DNA of 64,000 bases, from assembly GCA_030324005.1 (NCBI GenBank), contig JARDVH010000084.1:70465676-70529675 (forward strand), in the 5' to 3' direction. The first letter of the stretch is position 1, and each line of letters begins with the position of its first letter. Positions 61,705 to 64,000 of the stretch are shown here, in pieces. Under the pieces are notes generated by a model. It worked only from the letters and a program-made list of their open reading frames with translations, was not told the DNA's origin and searched no databases. The DNA is from Negaprion brevirostris. Lineage: Eukaryota. Both the position numbers and the translations under genes were made by a program.

Positions 61705-62039
61705 GGATGCGTATAGTGCAGAAGGAGGCCATTTGGCCCATTGAGTCATTTGTCAGTGATAAATCTGAGCTCATCCAAAATTCTGCTTCCTGTTTCATCA
61801 CTCATATTAAGTCCACTCCCCGCAACCCCAAGTATTTAGCCTGCTAATCTCCCTGAAACTAAGGGACAATTGAGCATGCCCAATCAATGTACCCTGCATA
61901 TCTTTGAATTGTAGGAGGAAACCAGAGCACCCAGAGGAAATCCACAAAAACGGAAGATTATGCAAAGTCCACAGTCACCCAAGGCCGGATTTGGACCTGG
62001 GTCCCTGGCGCTATGAGGCAGCAATGCTAACCACTGTGC
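61705..62039 (-). mobile_element. HE1-type V-SINE carrying a 60-bp templated insertion
   Basis: Reverse copy; 61744-61803 duplicates 61237-61296. Confidence 0.8.
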
Positions 62040-63414
62040 GATGAAAGTTGCTCTTTCATTGCAAGTTACTGTGGTAGCAATGTTCACAATGTGCTACCCA
62101 GTGCGTCTTGCATGTGCCNNNNNNNNNNNNNNNNNNNNNNNNNNNNNNNNNNNNNNNNNNNNNNNNNNNNNNNNNNNNNNNNNNNNNNNNNNNNNNNNNN
62201 NNNNNNNNNNNNNNNNNNACCACTGTGCCATTAAAGTTGCTATTTCATTGCAAGTTACTGTTGTAGCAATGTTCACAATGTGCTAACCAGTGCGTCATGC
62301 ATGTGCCACCTCCAGGGGAAAGGACAATGCTGATGTTCACAACAAGACTGCATAAGGGGCAGAGATCATTATCTTAGTGCAGCACGATATCCTGCTGCTT
62401 TTAGCCAGATGAATGATTAGGCTGTTAATAATCTGTAGTCCTTCTGCTCGAGACTTTTTCTCTGTGAAGATAACGGAGTTTCCCACAAGGAGTTGATCAA
62501 ATCCATTTTCATTTGATGAAGTCTAAAGCTTTGTCAGCTTGTGGAAGCTTTTCAAGCCTTTGGGATAAATTACTTGTAAATATTAAAGCCCACCACTGTA
62601 CTTGTAGCCAGAGAAATTCTGATTTCTTTCTTTTGGCTCCTTTATTCCAATTTTGGCAGAATTACTTTGTTTCTTTCTGTCTGTAAGACCTTCCAGTGAT
62701 AAAATGTGGCACATTTACTGCAATTCAGCTGCCGTAAAAGTTGATCTCCTCTCTTCATCCAACATTATGGGGCTGGCCAACATGACAGCAATAAAATGAA
62801 TGTGGAGAAATGGGCCTTAAAGTCATTTTACGACAAAATCAATAATTTTGGAGGAATGCTGAAAGAAAAATGAGATCGAAAAGCTTATTTTAATAATGTG
62901 TTTTAGAGCTCAGCATTAGGGGTAATTCTGACACAGTTATACTGCCATTTTGTGAAATGATGAATATGTAGCACTGCAGGGCAATTATTCTCAAATCAAT
63001 ATGCCAAAGAGTAAAGTTTATTTGTGGTTATTATATAATTTGGAATTGTTGATATGACTGATGGAGGGTTATTTATTGGTGCAGTCTAGCATTGGCAGGG
63101 AGATGCTGATGTTTGACTGTGTTGCGGAGGAGGTATTGCAGACTGAAATGAAAAAACTGTGTGACTCCCGGAGAGTGTTAACATCTGTATCTTCCAGATC
63201 TTGAGAAATCTGTTCAGATTACAGCACCCAAAGATAAGTGGCGTGCCATTATTGGATAACCTTGTAATTCAGGATGGTTACTCAGAACCTTCCCAGCAGT
63301 TTTGACTGATCTGCTTAAGAGCTGCTCTTCAATAGCTTCAAGTTTCTTAGTGTCCAGATCACCAGCAATCTATCGTGGGCCCTCCAAGCCAAGACTATAG
63401 TTAAGAAAGCCTCT

Positions 63415-63950
63415 ATTTTCTCAGATGTCTAAGGAAATTTGGCATACCCACTACAACTCTCACTAATTTTTACAGATGCATCATAAAAAGCATCCTTTCC
63501 AGATCTGTCACAGTTTGGTATGAATCTGCTTTGACCAAGAGTGCAAGAAACTACAAAGGATTGTGAATGTAGCCCAGTACATCTCACAAACCAGCCTCCA
63601 TTGATTCAACCTACATTTTCTGCTGCCTTGGGAAAGCAGCCAGCATAATCAAGGACCCCAAGCACCCTGGACATAATCTCTTCCACCTTCTTCTTTCAGG
63701 AAAAAAGATACAAAACACGTTCCAACAGACTCAAGAACAGCTTATTCCCTGCTGTCATCAATCTTTTGAATGGTCTTATCATATATTAAGCTAATCATTC
63801 TCTTTACACTACCTCTAACTGCAACAATATATTCTGCACACAATCCTCTATGTACTTGATGAATGGTATGTTTTGTATTACAATACACAAGAAACGGTAA
63901 TTTTCATGACATCCCAATACATGTGACAATAAATCAAATCAAAATCAAAT
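63415..63950 (+). mobile_element. Rex1/Babar-like LINE 3' portion
   Basis: CTCACTAATTTTTACAGATGC...GCCAGCATAATCAAGGACCCC...AAGAACAGCTTATTCCCTGCTG; (CAAAT)n-type tail. Confidence 0.8.
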
Positions 63951-64000
63951 AATTTATCATTTCTGCATGAGAATTGTAATCATGGAAATTTAGACTGGTA

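Noticed and set aside
62030-62307. ~88-bp direct repeat flanking a 100-N gap
   Set aside because: Most likely unmerged contig or haplotype overlap. A real tandem duplication cannot be excluded because the copies differ at several positions, but it is not supportable from the sequence alone.

Overview
Eukaryotic, repeat-rich genomic DNA from a cartilaginous fish (shark or ray). The evidence is the many HE1-type V-SINE copies, a Deu-domain SINE and elasmobranch-type CR1, L2, Rex1, RTE and Penelope fragments. It comes from a gapped scaffold with many N runs. The only host coding sequence I can support is one 108-nt internal exon on the + strand (23106-23213). It encodes [36 protein letters not shown], which I recognise as astrotactin-1 (ASTN1), so the rest of the window is very long ASTN1 intron. 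The introns hold decayed transposons: a near-complete Ty3/Gypsy internal region, a Copia (probably GalEa-clade) gag-PR-IN remnant, a Penelope-like element with inverted pseudo-LTRs and a GIY-YIG motif, solo LTRs, Harbinger-like MITEs with a Myb/SANT remnant, and many LINE and SINE pieces. The signals most worth following up are minimal hammerhead-ribozyme motifs in Penelope-derived hairpins, a U2-snRNA-derived segment with an internal insertion, an unassigned palindrome with ~140-bp arms, a repeat-free 2-kb block, and several DNA-repair scars. Almost all ORFs in the supplied track are spurious or repeat-derived. I found no intact novel multi-gene system. Family names come from motif recognition, not database searches.
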